Source: Pseudomonas phage vB_Pae-SS2019XI. From it: 57,567 nucleotides of DNA. The notes beneath the pieces were generated by a model that saw only the letters and a list, made by a program, of their open reading frames with translations, had not been told where the DNA came from and searched no databases. A program made the position numbers and the translations under genes. The stretch is taken from the sequence record MN536026.1; one strand, 5' to 3'. This document shows positions 1 through 10,128 of this stretch, piece after piece. Every line of letters starts with the position of its first letter. The stretch's first letter is position 1.

Positions 1-576
1 ATGGCTGGCAGGCCAGATAGCAAGGTCATGGACGAGGGGACAAAAGAGATCCTCTTTGAGGGAGCGAGCATTTCGCAGCTCGGACGGCTCTTCGGCATGG
101 ACAACCGGACGGTGACCAGCAAGCTCGCCACCAACGTACAACCAGTGGGGCGCCGCGCTGGCCACTCAATCTATGCAGTCAAGGATGCGGCGCCGTACCT
201 CGTTGAGCAGAACCTCGACCTCAGCGACCTGGAGAAGATCGCCGCGTATGTGCAGCGGCTGGACCCTTCCCGCTTGCCGCGTCAGCTGACCAAAGATTTC
301 TGGCAAGCGATGTTGAACAAGCAGAAGTTCGAAGAACAGGCCGGTGATCTATGGCGGACCGCGAAGGTCGTTGAAGTCTATGCGGACTTGGTGAAAGCCA
401 TCCGTACACCCCTGATCCTGGCGGGTGACACCGTCAACAACCAGACCGAGTTGAGCCCGCGGCAGCGGCAGATCCTCAACGAGGTCATCGATGACCTATT
501 GGAGATGCTGCATGAGGCAGTCGTTAAACAGTTCGGCGAAGATGAACAGCCGCCGGAGGCGGACGACGACCTATAG
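1..576 (+). CDS. terminase small subunit (possibly 5' complete at window edge)
   Basis: First gene of the head operon. HTH-like segment ISQLGRLFGMDNRTVTSKL. Its 3' end overlaps the large-terminase gene as in lambda Nu1/A. Acidic C-terminus ...PPEADDDL. Confidence 0.55.
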   Translation: MAGRPDSKVMDEGTKEILFEGASISQLGRLFGMDNRTVTSKLATNVQPVGRRAGHSIYAVKDAAPYLVEQNLDLSDLEKIAAYVQRLDPSRLPRQLTKDFWQAMLNKQKFEEQAGDLWRTAKVVEVYADLVKAIRTPLILAGDTVNNQTELSPRQRQILNEVIDDLLEMLHEAVVKQFGEDEQPPEADDDL

Positions 577-2650
577 ACGGGTCGAGGACATCGCTCTTGG
601 CGTCGCAGCCATGTTCAATCCGCCCGAGCGCCTGTCCGTCGCTGAAGCGGCTGCGAAGTACCGCTACCTGAATAACCCCGGCTCGTTCCGAGGTTACTGG
701 CGCAACGATAAAGCTCCATACCTAGTTGAACCGATGAACGAGCTTGACTCTCGGTTCTTCGAAGGGGTGATTTTCGTAGGGCCTGCGCAGTCAGGGAAAA
801 CTGACGCCTTGATTTTGAACTGGGTATTGCACTCAGCGAAGTGCGACCCAATGGACATGATCCTCTATAACCCGTCGACAGCTGCGGCGCGGGACTTCTC
901 GATGCGGCGTATCGACCGCTTGCACCGGCATAGCCCGGTAATGGAAGAGCTGCTGCTGAAGAAGCGGGACGCCGATAATACGTTCGACAAGCACTACGTC
1001 AACGGCATGATGCTGACGATGTCGTGGCCCTCCGTGGTCGAGTTTGCAGGCAAGCCCGTCCCACGCGTGGGGTTAACAGACTTCGACCGGATGGACATGG
1101 ACATCGAAGGTGATGGTAATCCGTATGATCTGGCAGCGAAGCGAACGACCACGTACGGGAGTTACCGCATGGCGCTGGCGGAGTCATCGCCGTCGAAGCC
1201 TCTACTGAATCCGCGGTGGATCCGCACCAGCCCTCATGAAGCGCCTCCCGCTGATGGAATACTCGCTCTTTACAACCGTGGGGACCGGAGACGTTGGTAT
1301 TGGCCGTGCCCACACTGCAACGGCTACTTCGAGGGCGCCTTCGAGCTACTTGAGTGGGACGGGAAAAATCGTCAGGGCCAGAAGCTAGACCCAATTAGCG
1401 CGTCAGAATCGGTGTTCATGCGTTGCTCCCACTGCGGGCATCCGATTCGCCCGGACTGGCGCCACGAGATGCAGCAGTGGGGTATGTGGCTGAAAGAAGG
1501 CGAAGGGATCGACGCGAAGGGTAGGCGCTTCGGGCAACCCCGGCGAACGAAGATCGCCAGTTTCTGGTTAAACGGAGTCGCCGCGGCGTTCACCAACTGG
1601 GCGGAACTGGTGCGTCTCTGCTTAACGGCGGAGGAGGAGTACGCGAGTACAGGGAGCGAGGAGGCGCTGAAGAAGTTCTACAACACCGATTTGGGTGTCC
1701 CGTACATGCCGAAGGCTGTTGATTCAGAACGTCTCCCTGAACATCTGCATGCTCGCGCCGAAGAGCTGGGCGAGAAGGTTGTCCCGCTCGGTACGCGCTT
1801 CCTAGTTGCCAACGTGGACGTGCAGAAAAACATGTTTGTGGTCCAGGTTCACGGTATTGCTCCTGGGAGCCCCTTCGACATGTGCCTGGTCGACCGCTTC
1901 CAAATCCGGAAGTCGAAGCGCCTGGACGATGCTGGGGACCATCTCTGGGTGAAGCCTGCCACGTATTTGGACGACTGGGACCTGTTGATCGAGGACGTTA
2001 TGGACCGGAGTTACCCTCTTGCTGATGGCTCCGGTCGCCGGATGGCGATCAAGTTGACTACCTGCGACTCAGGCGGCTACTCGAAGGACAAGGGAGAGTC
2101 TGTCACGTCAATGGCCTATGACTTCTATCGCAGGCTGAAGCGCGAAAACCGCCACGGCCGGTTCCACTTGGTCAAGGGTGACCCCAGCCCCGGAGTCCCT
2201 CGGGCTCGGATATCGTTCCCGGACGCGCCGAAGAAGGACCGCCATTCGGCTGCTCGCGGCGATGTCCCTGTGCTCCTTCTGAATTCCAATGTTCTCAAGG
2301 ACGCGCTGCACGCCCGTCTGGATTGCATCACGCCAGGGCATGGGATGTACCGTTTCCCGGATTGGCTCCCGGACTGGTGGTATCAGGAGATGTGCGCGGA
2401 GGACCGAACAGCGAAAGGTTGGTTGAAGCGGCCGCATACCAAGAACGAAGCGTGGGACCTCTCGTACTACTGCATCGGAGTCTGCGTCTCTTCGTTACTC
2501 CTTGTTGAGAAAATGGACTGGCAAAAACCACCAGCGTGGGCCGATGAGTGGGACAGGAACTCTCTAGTGAGTGCGCCGGAAGAGGCCCCTCGCTTTGCTC
2601 CGCAAAAAGAGACTTACGACTTCGGCAAGTTCGCGCAAGCCATGGCTTAG
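512..2650 (+). CDS. terminase large subunit, lambda gpA-like
   Basis: Walker A motif VGPAQSGKT; about 700 aa; followed by W-portal-protease-D-E gene order. Start ambiguous: ATG at 491, 512, 542 or 611. The 512 ATG has GGAG 7 nt upstream and overlaps terS like lambda Nu1/A. Confidence 0.85.
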   Translation: MRQSLNSSAKMNSRRRRTTTYRRVEDIALGVAAMFNPPERLSVAEAAAKYRYLNNPGSFRGYWRNDKAPYLVEPMNELDSRFFEGVIFVGPAQSGKTDALILNWVLHSAKCDPMDMILYNPSTAAARDFSMRRIDRLHRHSPVMEELLLKKRDADNTFDKHYVNGMMLTMSWPSVVEFAGKPVPRVGLTDFDRMDMDIEGDGNPYDLAAKRTTTYGSYRMALAESSPSKPLLNPRWIRTSPHEAPPADGILALYNRGDRRRWYWPCPHCNGYFEGAFELLEWDGKNRQGQKLDPISASESVFMRCSHCGHPIRPDWRHEMQQWGMWLKEGEGIDAKGRRFGQPRRTKIASFWLNGVAAAFTNWAELVRLCLTAEEEYASTGSEEALKKFYNTDLGVPYMPKAVDSERLPEHLHARAEELGEKVVPLGTRFLVANVDVQKNMFVVQVHGIAPGSPFDMCLVDRFQIRKSKRLDDAGDHLWVKPATYLDDWDLLIEDVMDRSYPLADGSGRRMAIKLTTCDSGGYSKDKGESVTSMAYDFYRRLKRENRHGRFHLVKGDPSPGVPRARISFPDAPKKDRHSAARGDVPVLLLNSNVLKDALHARLDCITPGHGMYRFPDWLPDWWYQEMCAEDRTAKGWLKRPHTKNEAWDLSYYCIGVCVSSLLLVEKMDWQKPPAWADEWDRNSLVSAPEEAPRFAPQKETYDFGKFAQAMA

Positions 2651-2742
2651 TTTTGTCCATTAAATCAACTGTGAGTTGTATAATCGACAAAATGTTGTAA
2701 AGTTCGCTGCATGGAGAAATCCTCTCACCCGAGGCGCAGCAA

Positions 2743-2973
2743 ATGTCGTGTGGAACCGAACCAACCCTGCAAGACCTGGAAGAGGCCCGTCGGGCCTACC
2801 AGGCGCTCATCCAAGGCAACAAGCCTCGCGTGATCGTTGACCAGAATGGTGAGCGGGTCGAGTTCACTGCTGCAAACGCAGCGCGCCTTTATCTGTACAT
2901 ACAGGAGTTGGAGCGGAAGCTCTGCCCCGCTGGCGTGCGGCGCCCGAATGGACCGATGAGGTTCGTTTTCTGA
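2743..2973 (+). CDS. head-tail joining protein, gpW-like
   Basis: 76 aa, position between terminase and portal, GAGG 8 nt upstream. Residues AARLYLYIQELERKL resemble the W family. Confidence 0.6.
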   Translation: MSCGTEPTLQDLEEARRAYQALIQGNKPRVIVDQNGERVEFTAANAARLYLYIQELERKLCPAGVRRPNGPMRFVF

Positions 2974-4619
2974 TGGGCAGCATCCAGCAGTCGAGTCTAC
3001 TGCTCGACGCGGCACCACCTTCCCACCGAGCAATTGGCGGAGGTTTGGAGGGGGCTGATCGAACCTCTCGCGAGACCATGCTTTGGTATCCGCCTGTGCG
3101 CTCTCCGGACCAAGCGATCAATGGCGGTAAACCGCTTGCAGACGCTCGCGGGCGCGACATTGTCCAGAACGACGGGTATGCCTCCGGTGCAGTCGCGCTC
3201 AATCAAGACAACATCGTTGGCGCACAGTACCGGCTGAATGCCCAGCCGAACTACCGTGCCCTCGGCGTGAGCGAGGGGTGGGCTGAAGACTTCCAAGAGG
3301 TCGTCGAGGCGCGCTTCAACGTACTCGCCGATTCACAGGATTGCTGGCTGGACGCATCTCGCCGCAACACGCTGACCGGGATGGTGCGCCTGGCCGTCGC
3401 GAGTTTCGTAATGACGGGCGAAGACCTGGCTTCTGCGGAGTGGATCAGGGAAGCGCGTAGGCCATGTCGCACCGCCGTGCAGCTTCTTTCTCCGGATCGC
3501 CTGTGTAACCCCGACGGCCGCTCGGACGACAAGTATCTGCGCCGGGGCGTGGCGATCAGTGAGCGAGGTCAACACAGGGGGTACTGGATCCGGAACGGAT
3601 ACCCCAACGACCCCTGGAATGACTCGTACACCTGGAGCTACATCCCTGCGGAGAAACCCTGGGGGCGCAAGCAGATGTTGCACATCGTCGAGCAGCGGCT
3701 GCCGGACCAAACCAGGGGCGTGGCCGACATGGTCGCTGTGCTTAAGCAGATGCGGATGACGAAGCGCTTCCAGGACGTGACGCTTCAACAGGCCGTCGTC
3801 GCAGCTACGTACGCAGCAGCCGTTGAGTCGGAGCTGCCGCCGAACATGGTCTTCGAACAACTCGGCGGCGGTTCTCTCGATTTCGGGCCTATGGCGGGAT
3901 ACCTGAACTCGTACATGGGAGCGCTCAGCTCCTACCTGGATGAGTCGAAAAGCATCCAGGTGGATGGAGTCAAGATGCCGCATCTGTTCCCCGGCACCAA
4001 GCTGAAGATCCAGAGCTTGGCGCAACCGGGGGGTATCGGCGATGGGTTCGAGCAGTCGCTGCTTCGCCACATTGCCGCCTGCTTGGGGCTCTCCTACGAG
4101 CAGTTCACTCGTGACTACACGAAGACGAACTACAGCTCGGCCAGGGCAAGCATGACCGAGACCTGGAAGTTCATGCAGTCCAGGAAGAAGGCGGTCGCTG
4201 ACCGATTCGCCACCTTCGTTTACCTGCTCTGGCTCGAAGAGGAAATCAACGCCGGGAACATCCCGCTGCCACGCGGGAAAAAGGCGTCCTGGTTCTACGA
4301 GCCCCTGGTGAAAGACGCCTTGGGCGCTTGCAGCTGGATCGGCGCCAGCCGCGGGCAGATCGACGAGCTGAAAGAGACACAAGCGGCACTTCTCCGCATC
4401 AAGTCGGGGCTTTCTACATACGAGATCGAGGCCGCCAAACTCGGAATGGACTGGCGTGATCTGTTCGCGCAGCGCGCTCGCGAGGAACGCCTGGCCGCTA
4501 AGTACAAGCTGGTGTTCTCGATGAACGCGCAGCAGAGCGACACGAACGAGGCTCAGCGCACCTTGGCTGATGACCCGGATAACACGAAATCGAACGACGA
4601 AGAGGACGAGGCAGCATGA
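2973..4619 (+). CDS. portal protein, lambda gpB-like
   Basis: 548 aa; conserved blocks (QNDGYASGAVALNQDNIVG; QSLLRHIAACLGLSYEQFTRDY...SSARAS) match the lambda B family; start overlaps W stop (TGATG). Confidence 0.9.
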   Translation: MGSIQQSSLLLDAAPPSHRAIGGGLEGADRTSRETMLWYPPVRSPDQAINGGKPLADARGRDIVQNDGYASGAVALNQDNIVGAQYRLNAQPNYRALGVSEGWAEDFQEVVEARFNVLADSQDCWLDASRRNTLTGMVRLAVASFVMTGEDLASAEWIREARRPCRTAVQLLSPDRLCNPDGRSDDKYLRRGVAISERGQHRGYWIRNGYPNDPWNDSYTWSYIPAEKPWGRKQMLHIVEQRLPDQTRGVADMVAVLKQMRMTKRFQDVTLQQAVVAATYAAAVESELPPNMVFEQLGGGSLDFGPMAGYLNSYMGALSSYLDESKSIQVDGVKMPHLFPGTKLKIQSLAQPGGIGDGFEQSLLRHIAACLGLSYEQFTRDYTKTNYSSARASMTETWKFMQSRKKAVADRFATFVYLLWLEEEINAGNIPLPRGKKASWFYEPLVKDALGACSWIGASRGQIDELKETQAALLRIKSGLSTYEIEAAKLGMDWRDLFAQRAREERLAAKYKLVFSMNAQQSDTNEAQRTLADDPDNTKSNDEEDEAA

Positions 4620-5902
4620 GCGAACTGATCGCCCGCCAAGTGCTCGGGCGCCTGAATATGACCGAGGCGCTGGTTAGCGTCCATGGCATCCCGGAAGTGG
4701 CTGCGGATCTCCGTGCGCTCTCTCTGGCAGACGCTCGACAGGAGAACGCCAAAGCGGAGGAGAGCAAGGCCAGTCTCCTTGCAGCCTATGGCTTTGAGGA
4801 GACCGGAGCCCAAAAGCCATTCGCATTTGCAGCTGGTATCGCTGTGATACCTGTCCACGGCAGCCTCATAAACCGTTTTGGTGCGAGCTGGGGGTATGTC
4901 ACTGGGTACAACTTCATTCGCTCGCAACTGAACGCAGCGTTAGCCGATGACGATGTAAAGGCTGTTGTTTTCGACTGCAACAGCTACGGCGGCGAGGCTG
5001 CAGGGTGCTTCGAGCTTGCGGATGAAATCTACGCAGCACGGGGGCGGAAGCCCCTGACAGCCGTGGTCGACTCCAACTGCTATTCGGCCTGTTACGCCAT
5101 CGCGAGTGCATGCGACCGGGTTCACGTAACCCCGACAGGTGGCGCCGCGAGCATCGGCGTGGTTGCGATGCATATCAGCTTCGAACGCGCCCTGGAAAAC
5201 ATCGGCTTGAAAGTCGAGCTGATCTACGCCGGGGCACACAAAGTCGACGGCAATCCGTTCAGCGATTTGCCCGACAACGTGAGGGCGAACATCCAACGCG
5301 GGGTCGACAAGTCCCGCGACGACTTCGTGGCGGCGGTTGCCCGTAATCGCGGCCTCGATAAGCAGGTAGTCCGGGATACCGAGGCGGCGTGCTATCGCGC
5401 CGACGAAGCCCTGGCTATCGGCCTCATCGACGCAGTATCGACCCCTACACAGGCGGTAGCTGCGTTGCTGTCCGAGCTTTCTGGCTCAACCGACAACCAG
5501 GAGAACACCATGTCTGTACAAACCACCAAGCCGGAGGCCGAAAGCGCGGATCAGCCTGCAGTCACTCCGGTCGACGCTGCGGCCGAGCGCAAGGCTGAGC
5601 AGGATCGCTGCAAAGGGATCCTCAATTGCGAAGAGGCCAAGCGCAACCCCTCCCTCGCCAACCACCTGGCCTTCGAAACCGACATGTCGGTCGAAGCTGC
5701 ACGCAAGGCTCTCAGCGCGTCTGCGCCGAGCACCGACGACTCCTCGTCCGCGGCGAACCCGTTCCAGCAAGCCATGGACAACGACAAGCACCCCAACCTC
5801 GGCGCCGGCGGTGAGGGGGGCGCACCTCAGCTCTCCAAGGCTGACCGGATCCTCCAGGCCCATGGCGCCGCTTCTGGCCGCACCTACGGCGACAACAAGT
5901 AA
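4616..5902 (+). CDS. prohead protease / scaffold, S49 (ClpP-like) family, gpC-like
   Basis: 428 aa; S49 peptidase-like N-terminal two thirds, Ala/Glu-rich scaffold-like C-terminus; position after portal. Confidence 0.8.
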   Translation: MSELIARQVLGRLNMTEALVSVHGIPEVAADLRALSLADARQENAKAEESKASLLAAYGFEETGAQKPFAFAAGIAVIPVHGSLINRFGASWGYVTGYNFIRSQLNAALADDDVKAVVFDCNSYGGEAAGCFELADEIYAARGRKPLTAVVDSNCYSACYAIASACDRVHVTPTGGAASIGVVAMHISFERALENIGLKVELIYAGAHKVDGNPFSDLPDNVRANIQRGVDKSRDDFVAAVARNRGLDKQVVRDTEAACYRADEALAIGLIDAVSTPTQAVAALLSELSGSTDNQENTMSVQTTKPEAESADQPAVTPVDAAAERKAEQDRCKGILNCEEAKRNPSLANHLAFETDMSVEAARKALSASAPSTDDSSSAANPFQQAMDNDKHPNLGAGGEGGAPQLSKADRILQAHGAASGRTYGDNK

Positions 5903-5914
5903 CAGGAGAAGACC

Positions 5915-6298
5915 ATGACAGAGTTTCTCGCAGGCAGCGGTCGGATGAACTTCCCGCAGGCCCCTCAGCTTTTCGCTGGGAGCTTGGAGGTAACCACCAA
6001 CCGGCGCCCCGTGAAAGACGGCCTCAAGTTCGCGCAGTACGAGGTGATCGCTATCGTCGGCGACGAGATCGTCAAGTTCGACCCGGCTGGCACCGACGGC
6101 AGCGAAAAGGCCGCAGGCATTTTGCTGAACTCGGTGGATACCAGCGCGACCGGCACCACGGGCCAGGATTCCGCGTTCTATACCGGGGGCGACTTCAACC
6201 ATGAAGCCCTGATCTGGCCGGCGACCGTAACCACGCTGGCGCAGCGTCGAGCGGTATTCGCCACCACTGCCACCATCGCCATTTCTTCCGTGCTCTGA
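5915..6298 (+). CDS. head decoration protein, gpD-like
   Basis: 127 aa, between protease and major capsid gene, GGAG upstream. Confidence 0.6.
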   Translation: MTEFLAGSGRMNFPQAPQLFAGSLEVTTNRRPVKDGLKFAQYEVIAIVGDEIVKFDPAGTDGSEKAAGILLNSVDTSATGTTGQDSAFYTGGDFNHEALIWPATVTTLAQRRAVFATTATIAISSVL

Positions 6299-6313
6299 GG
6301 AGGAGCCGCCATT

Positions 6314-7369
6314 ATGGAATTTGAACTGTATGACCTGGCGACCCTGCTGCAGGTACGCCGCCGCGTCGATGACGCGCCGGTCTTCTGGCTGAACTTCTTC
6401 GGTCGGCAGATCAACTTCGAAACGCCGTACATCGACTTCGAGAACGTAAACCGGCGCTATCGCAAGCTGGCACCGTTCGTTGCACCGACCGCACAAGGGC
6501 GGGTGATCTCCAGCCAGGGGTCGCGTTTGACCCGGTACGCCCCGGCGTATGTCAAGCCGAAGTCGGTGATCGACCCGAACAAAGTGATCGCCCGTCAACC
6601 CGGCGAAGCCCCGTACCAGCCGCTCAGCAACGAGCAGCGCCGAGACGCTGTTATCGCCGAAGAGACTCGCGACCACAAGGCTCGGCTGACCAACCGCAAC
6701 GAGTGGCTGGCCGCTAATGCCGTTATCTACGGATCGGTGACCATCGCCGGCGAGGACTACCCGACCAAGTTCGTCGATTTCGGCCGCGACCCTTCTCTCA
6801 CCATCACGCTGACTGGCGCCGCGAAGTGGGACCAGACCACCGCGAAACCCTTGGTCGACCTGAAGGCGGCCCGCCGCAAGTCTGCGGACCTCTCGGGGAT
6901 CCGCATTCGCCGCTTGATCTTCGGCGAAAACGCCTGGGACCTGTTCAGCCAGCGCATGGGCTTCGACGATCCCAAGGCCGGCAATCTTCTCGACACCACG
7001 TTCCGTGGCAGTGAAACCAGCGTCTCGCGCCTGCTGGACGGCTTCGAGGGCGCCGAGTTCGCTGGCACCCTGACCGGCGTGAACGGTCAGGGGCGGTTCG
7101 AGTGCTGGGTCTACAGCGGCAGCTACGACGACGACAACGGGGTTCAGGTCCCGTATCTCGACACCAATGATGTCGTGGGTGTCGGCGACTTCGACGGGGT
7201 TCGCTGCTTCGGCGCGATCCATGACGCCCGTGTCGGGTATCGCTCGGTCGAAGTGTTCATGAAGAACTGGGAAAACCAGGACCCGAGTGTCGAGTACCTG
7301 CTGAGCCAGTCCGCGCCGCTGATGGTCCCCGGTGAACCCAACGCGACCTTCCGTATCCGCGTCGCTTAA
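6314..7369 (+). CDS. major capsid protein, lambda gpE-like
   Basis: 351 aa; N-terminal MEFELYDLATLLQ...FWLNFF typical of the lambda E family; followed by a strong stem-loop. Confidence 0.85.
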   Translation: MEFELYDLATLLQVRRRVDDAPVFWLNFFGRQINFETPYIDFENVNRRYRKLAPFVAPTAQGRVISSQGSRLTRYAPAYVKPKSVIDPNKVIARQPGEAPYQPLSNEQRRDAVIAEETRDHKARLTNRNEWLAANAVIYGSVTIAGEDYPTKFVDFGRDPSLTITLTGAAKWDQTTAKPLVDLKAARRKSADLSGIRIRRLIFGENAWDLFSQRMGFDDPKAGNLLDTTFRGSETSVSRLLDGFEGAEFAGTLTGVNGQGRFECWVYSGSYDDDNGVQVPYLDTNDVVGVGDFDGVRCFGAIHDARVGYRSVEVFMKNWENQDPSVEYLLSQSAPLMVPGEPNATFRIRVA

Positions 7370-7378
7370 CCCAACCAG

Positions 7379-7399
7379 GCGGGGCGGTGGTCGCCCCGC
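7379..7399 (+). terminator. GC-rich stem-loop after capsid gene (attenuator or mRNA stabiliser)
   Basis: GCGGGGCG-gtggt-CGCCCCGC 8-bp perfect stem directly after the capsid stop; only a short U tract follows, so probably a partial terminator. Confidence 0.4.
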
Positions 7400-7415
7400 T
7401 TCACAGGAGAAAAAC

Positions 7416-7808
7416 ATGCCGAAGCGCATCCCCCTCAGCACCATCGTCGTGTATCGCGACGGTAAACGCGTCGTGCCGGAAATCGGCAAGCCGTTCGACT
7501 TCACCTCGGAAGAAGTGGCGGATGTCAACGCCCTGGAGAAGAAGCTGAAGGACCAGGGCAACCCGCAGTTGCTCTTCCGCAAGGTGATCAACGAAGACCC
7601 GGAAACCCTGGCCGCCGCGAACACTGCAGAGCAGAACCGCAGTGGTAGCGCACCCGCTGAGGGCGCCGACTACGACAGCATGACCGTGCCTCAGCTGAAG
7701 GAACTGGCCGAGGCACGCGAGATCGACCTGGGCGACGCGACCAAGAAAGTCGACATCATCGCCAAGCTCAAGGGTGCCACCGCTGGTGAAGGGGACGAGG
7801 ACCTGTAA
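7416..7808 (+). CDS. gpFI-like DNA-packaging accessory protein with SAP/HeH-like motif
   Basis: 130 aa, acidic, after the capsid gene as lambda FI. C-terminal MTVPQLKELAEAREIDLGDATKKVDIIAKLK resembles a SAP/Rho-N DNA-binding motif. Ends GEGDEDL. Confidence 0.4.
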   Translation: MPKRIPLSTIVVYRDGKRVVPEIGKPFDFTSEEVADVNALEKKLKDQGNPQLLFRKVINEDPETLAAANTAEQNRSGSAPAEGADYDSMTVPQLKELAEAREIDLGDATKKVDIIAKLKGATAGEGDEDL

Positions 7809-8152
7809 TGGCCTTCTCTTTCGCAGAAGCGAAAGCGCAGCTGCGTCGAGCGGTGCATAGCACCCTCGGCGTCGCCGCGTTCTATCAGGATGACTCGATG
7901 AGTACACCTCAACCGATCCGTGTGCGGTGGCACTCGAAGATTGCCCGGTTCGGCGATCTCGAAAGCTCCGGCTGGGCGGAGCGGATCGAGGGTATTGATC
8001 GAGTGATCTTTGCCGCTGCTGACGCTCGTCAGCTCAACGTGCGCTATGCGGGGCGAGTGACCATTCCGGAATATGGGATCGAACTCATCCTTGACGCGAT
8101 GGAACCCGCAGATGGGCCAGAGGAGGAAATCTGGTTGGTGGCTCGCCCATGA
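7808..8152 (+). CDS. head-tail connector / head completion protein, gpFII-like
   Basis: 114 aa, synteny with lambda FII, start overlaps upstream stop. Confidence 0.45.
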   Translation: MAFSFAEAKAQLRRAVHSTLGVAAFYQDDSMSTPQPIRVRWHSKIARFGDLESSGWAERIEGIDRVIFAAADARQLNVRYAGRVTIPEYGIELILDAMEPADGPEEEIWLVARP

Positions 8153-8766
8153 TTATCAACATGGAGGGGTCGTTCGATATACCCGCCGATTACTTCGAGC
8201 GCATGCCCGAGGACGTTACGCAGGCTGCGAGGATGGCGATCAACGATGTCGCCAAGGGGCCTGCACTACGGCGCGCCCGCGAGGAAGTGGGCGACCAGGT
8301 GAACTTCCCTGCCGGCTATCTCACCGGGGACCGCCTGGGTGTGAGCAAGCTCGCAAGGAACCACGATCTCGAAGCGGTGATCACCGGCCGTGATCGCCCC
8401 ACATCGCTCGCACGTTTCGTGCGTAACCCGAGGCCTGGGCAGCGCGGGGTCATGGTTGAGGTCCACAAAGGCAGCGCGCAGTACATGAAGAAGGCCTTCC
8501 TGCTCAGGCTCCGCTCGGGTCGAGTTATGGACGGCCAGACGTTCAACATCGGCCTCGCGATACGGCTTGCGCCAGGCGAGAAGATCCACAATCGAAGGGA
8601 GGCGGCCAATGTGAACTACTCATCCTTGGGGAATGGTGTGGTGCTGCTCTACGGCCCGTCCGTTGATCAGGTTTTCCGGTCGGTCAGCGATGACATCGCA
8701 CCGGAGGTTGGCGACATGGCCGTCGCTGAATTCTGGCGGCAGTTTGCGAGGCTGACCAATGGCTGA
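8149..8766 (+). CDS. tail completion protein, gpZ-like
   Basis: 205 aa, synteny (FII-Z-U-V order), start overlaps upstream stop (ATGA). Confidence 0.4.
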   Translation: MIINMEGSFDIPADYFERMPEDVTQAARMAINDVAKGPALRRAREEVGDQVNFPAGYLTGDRLGVSKLARNHDLEAVITGRDRPTSLARFVRNPRPGQRGVMVEVHKGSAQYMKKAFLLRLRSGRVMDGQTFNIGLAIRLAPGEKIHNRREAANVNYSSLGNGVVLLYGPSVDQVFRSVSDDIAPEVGDMAVAEFWRQFARLTNG

Positions 8767-9292
8767 CTTTCCTCTGCGGCTGCTCGTATTGAAGCGGCTG
8801 ACCGAACACCTGGAAGGCGTCTACGGCCATGACGAGAACGGGAACCCGTACGACCTCCGTGGGCGCGTATTCCGTGGTCGCACGGTTTTCGGTGCCGACA
8901 CCCCGCTGCCGGCGCTGTCGATACTTGAAGCCCCCAGACCCGACACGCCGATCTACGGCGGCGAAGAAGAGGCCCAGCACGAACGTAACTGGGCTCTCTA
9001 CCTGCAGGGTTGGGTGGACGAGGACAAGGCGAACCCGACTGACCCGGCGCACTGGCTGATGGCAGCTGTCGACGAGCGCCTGGGGTTGATTGTCCGTGAA
9101 ACCAAGGGCGGAGGGCGACCGAAGCCAGTCGACCCGGTCGCTCACCATCTCGGCGGCTTGATTTCCGGCTTTCGCTACGGCCCAGGGGTCGTGCGTCCCG
9201 CCGACAATCAGGTGTCGAGCAAGGCGTACTTCTACATGCCTGTGCAAGTAGGTCTTGCCACTTATGTCGGCGAACCGTATCGTTCCGCCTAA
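8759..9292 (+). CDS. tail terminator protein, gpU-like
   Basis: 177 aa, immediately upstream of the major tail gene. Confidence 0.4.
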   Translation: MADFPLRLLVLKRLTEHLEGVYGHDENGNPYDLRGRVFRGRTVFGADTPLPALSILEAPRPDTPIYGGEEEAQHERNWALYLQGWVDEDKANPTDPAHWLMAAVDERLGLIVRETKGGGRPKPVDPVAHHLGGLISGFRYGPGVVRPADNQVSSKAYFYMPVQVGLATYVGEPYRSA

Positions 9293-9330
9293 ATACAACA
9301 TTTGGTTGATAAAACAACTGGAGAGACATC

Positions 9331-10119
9331 ATGCCGATTCAAGGCGAAAACGGGCGTAACTACGCGCTCACCCGCGGTGAGGTCTGGTTCGATAAGTTCG
9401 CACCGGGAACAACTGTCGGGACCGGGGAACGCTATCTCGGCAATACCCCGGAGATCACGTCCTCGACCGACAGCGAGAACCTGGACCACTTCGACAGTGA
9501 CCACGGCGTCAACGAGAAGGACGACAGCGTCACTCTTTCCCAGAACGATACTGGGCAGGTGACCACCGACAACATCGTTGTCGAGAACCTTGCGCTGTAC
9601 TTCCGTGGCATCACCGAGAGCCTCACCCAAACGGCGCAAACTGCCCTGACCCAGACCTTCAAGGTCAAACGCGGTCGTCGCTACCAACTTGGTGTGAGTG
9701 AGACTTCCCCGCAAGGGCTGCGGCATCTCGACAACGTGACGCTCAAGAAGGGCGCCACCGATGTCGCGGCGGCGGGCAATTACGAGGTCGATCTCGACAT
9801 GGGGGCCATCTACATCGAAGTCGACGCCACGGGCCTGGCTGACGACGACGAGGTGACCGCCACTTACGACGTCAAGGCTTACACCCAGACCGTCGTTCTG
9901 TCCGGCACGGACGAGATCGAAGGGGCGCTGCGTTACATCGGCTTCAACCCGAAAGGCGAGCAGATGGACTATTACTGGCCGAGGGTGAAACTCTCTCCCA
10001 ACGGGGATTTCGCGCTGAAGTCGGGCGACGACTGGCAGACCATCCCGTACAACATCGAGTTCCTGAAAAAGGGCAACCTGCGGAAGTTGTACATCACCAA
10101 CCGCGGCACGCCTGCTTGA
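9331..10119 (+). CDS. major tail protein, gpV-like
   Basis: 262 aa, GGAGAG RBS, precedes the G/GT chaperone pair and the tape measure gene. Confidence 0.7.
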   Translation: MPIQGENGRNYALTRGEVWFDKFAPGTTVGTGERYLGNTPEITSSTDSENLDHFDSDHGVNEKDDSVTLSQNDTGQVTTDNIVVENLALYFRGITESLTQTAQTALTQTFKVKRGRRYQLGVSETSPQGLRHLDNVTLKKGATDVAAAGNYEVDLDMGAIYIEVDATGLADDDEVTATYDVKAYTQTVVLSGTDEIEGALRYIGFNPKGEQMDYYWPRVKLSPNGDFALKSGDDWQTIPYNIEFLKKGNLRKLYITNRGTPA

Positions 10120-10128
10120 GGATGACCC

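Noticed and set aside
491-2650. TerL starting at ATG 491 or at ATG 611
   Set aside because: The ATG at 611 has no SD and truncates the N-terminal region that in lambda gpA contacts the small subunit. The ATG at 491 is possible, with GAGG 6 nt upstream, but the 512 ATG has the better GGAG spacing. Left as an explicit uncertainty.
5486-7624. 712-aa minus-strand ORF antisense to the protease, decoration and capsid genes
   Set aside because: GC-rich shadow ORF opposite well-supported structural genes with clear homology signals. Arg/Gly/Ala-rich low-complexity translation.
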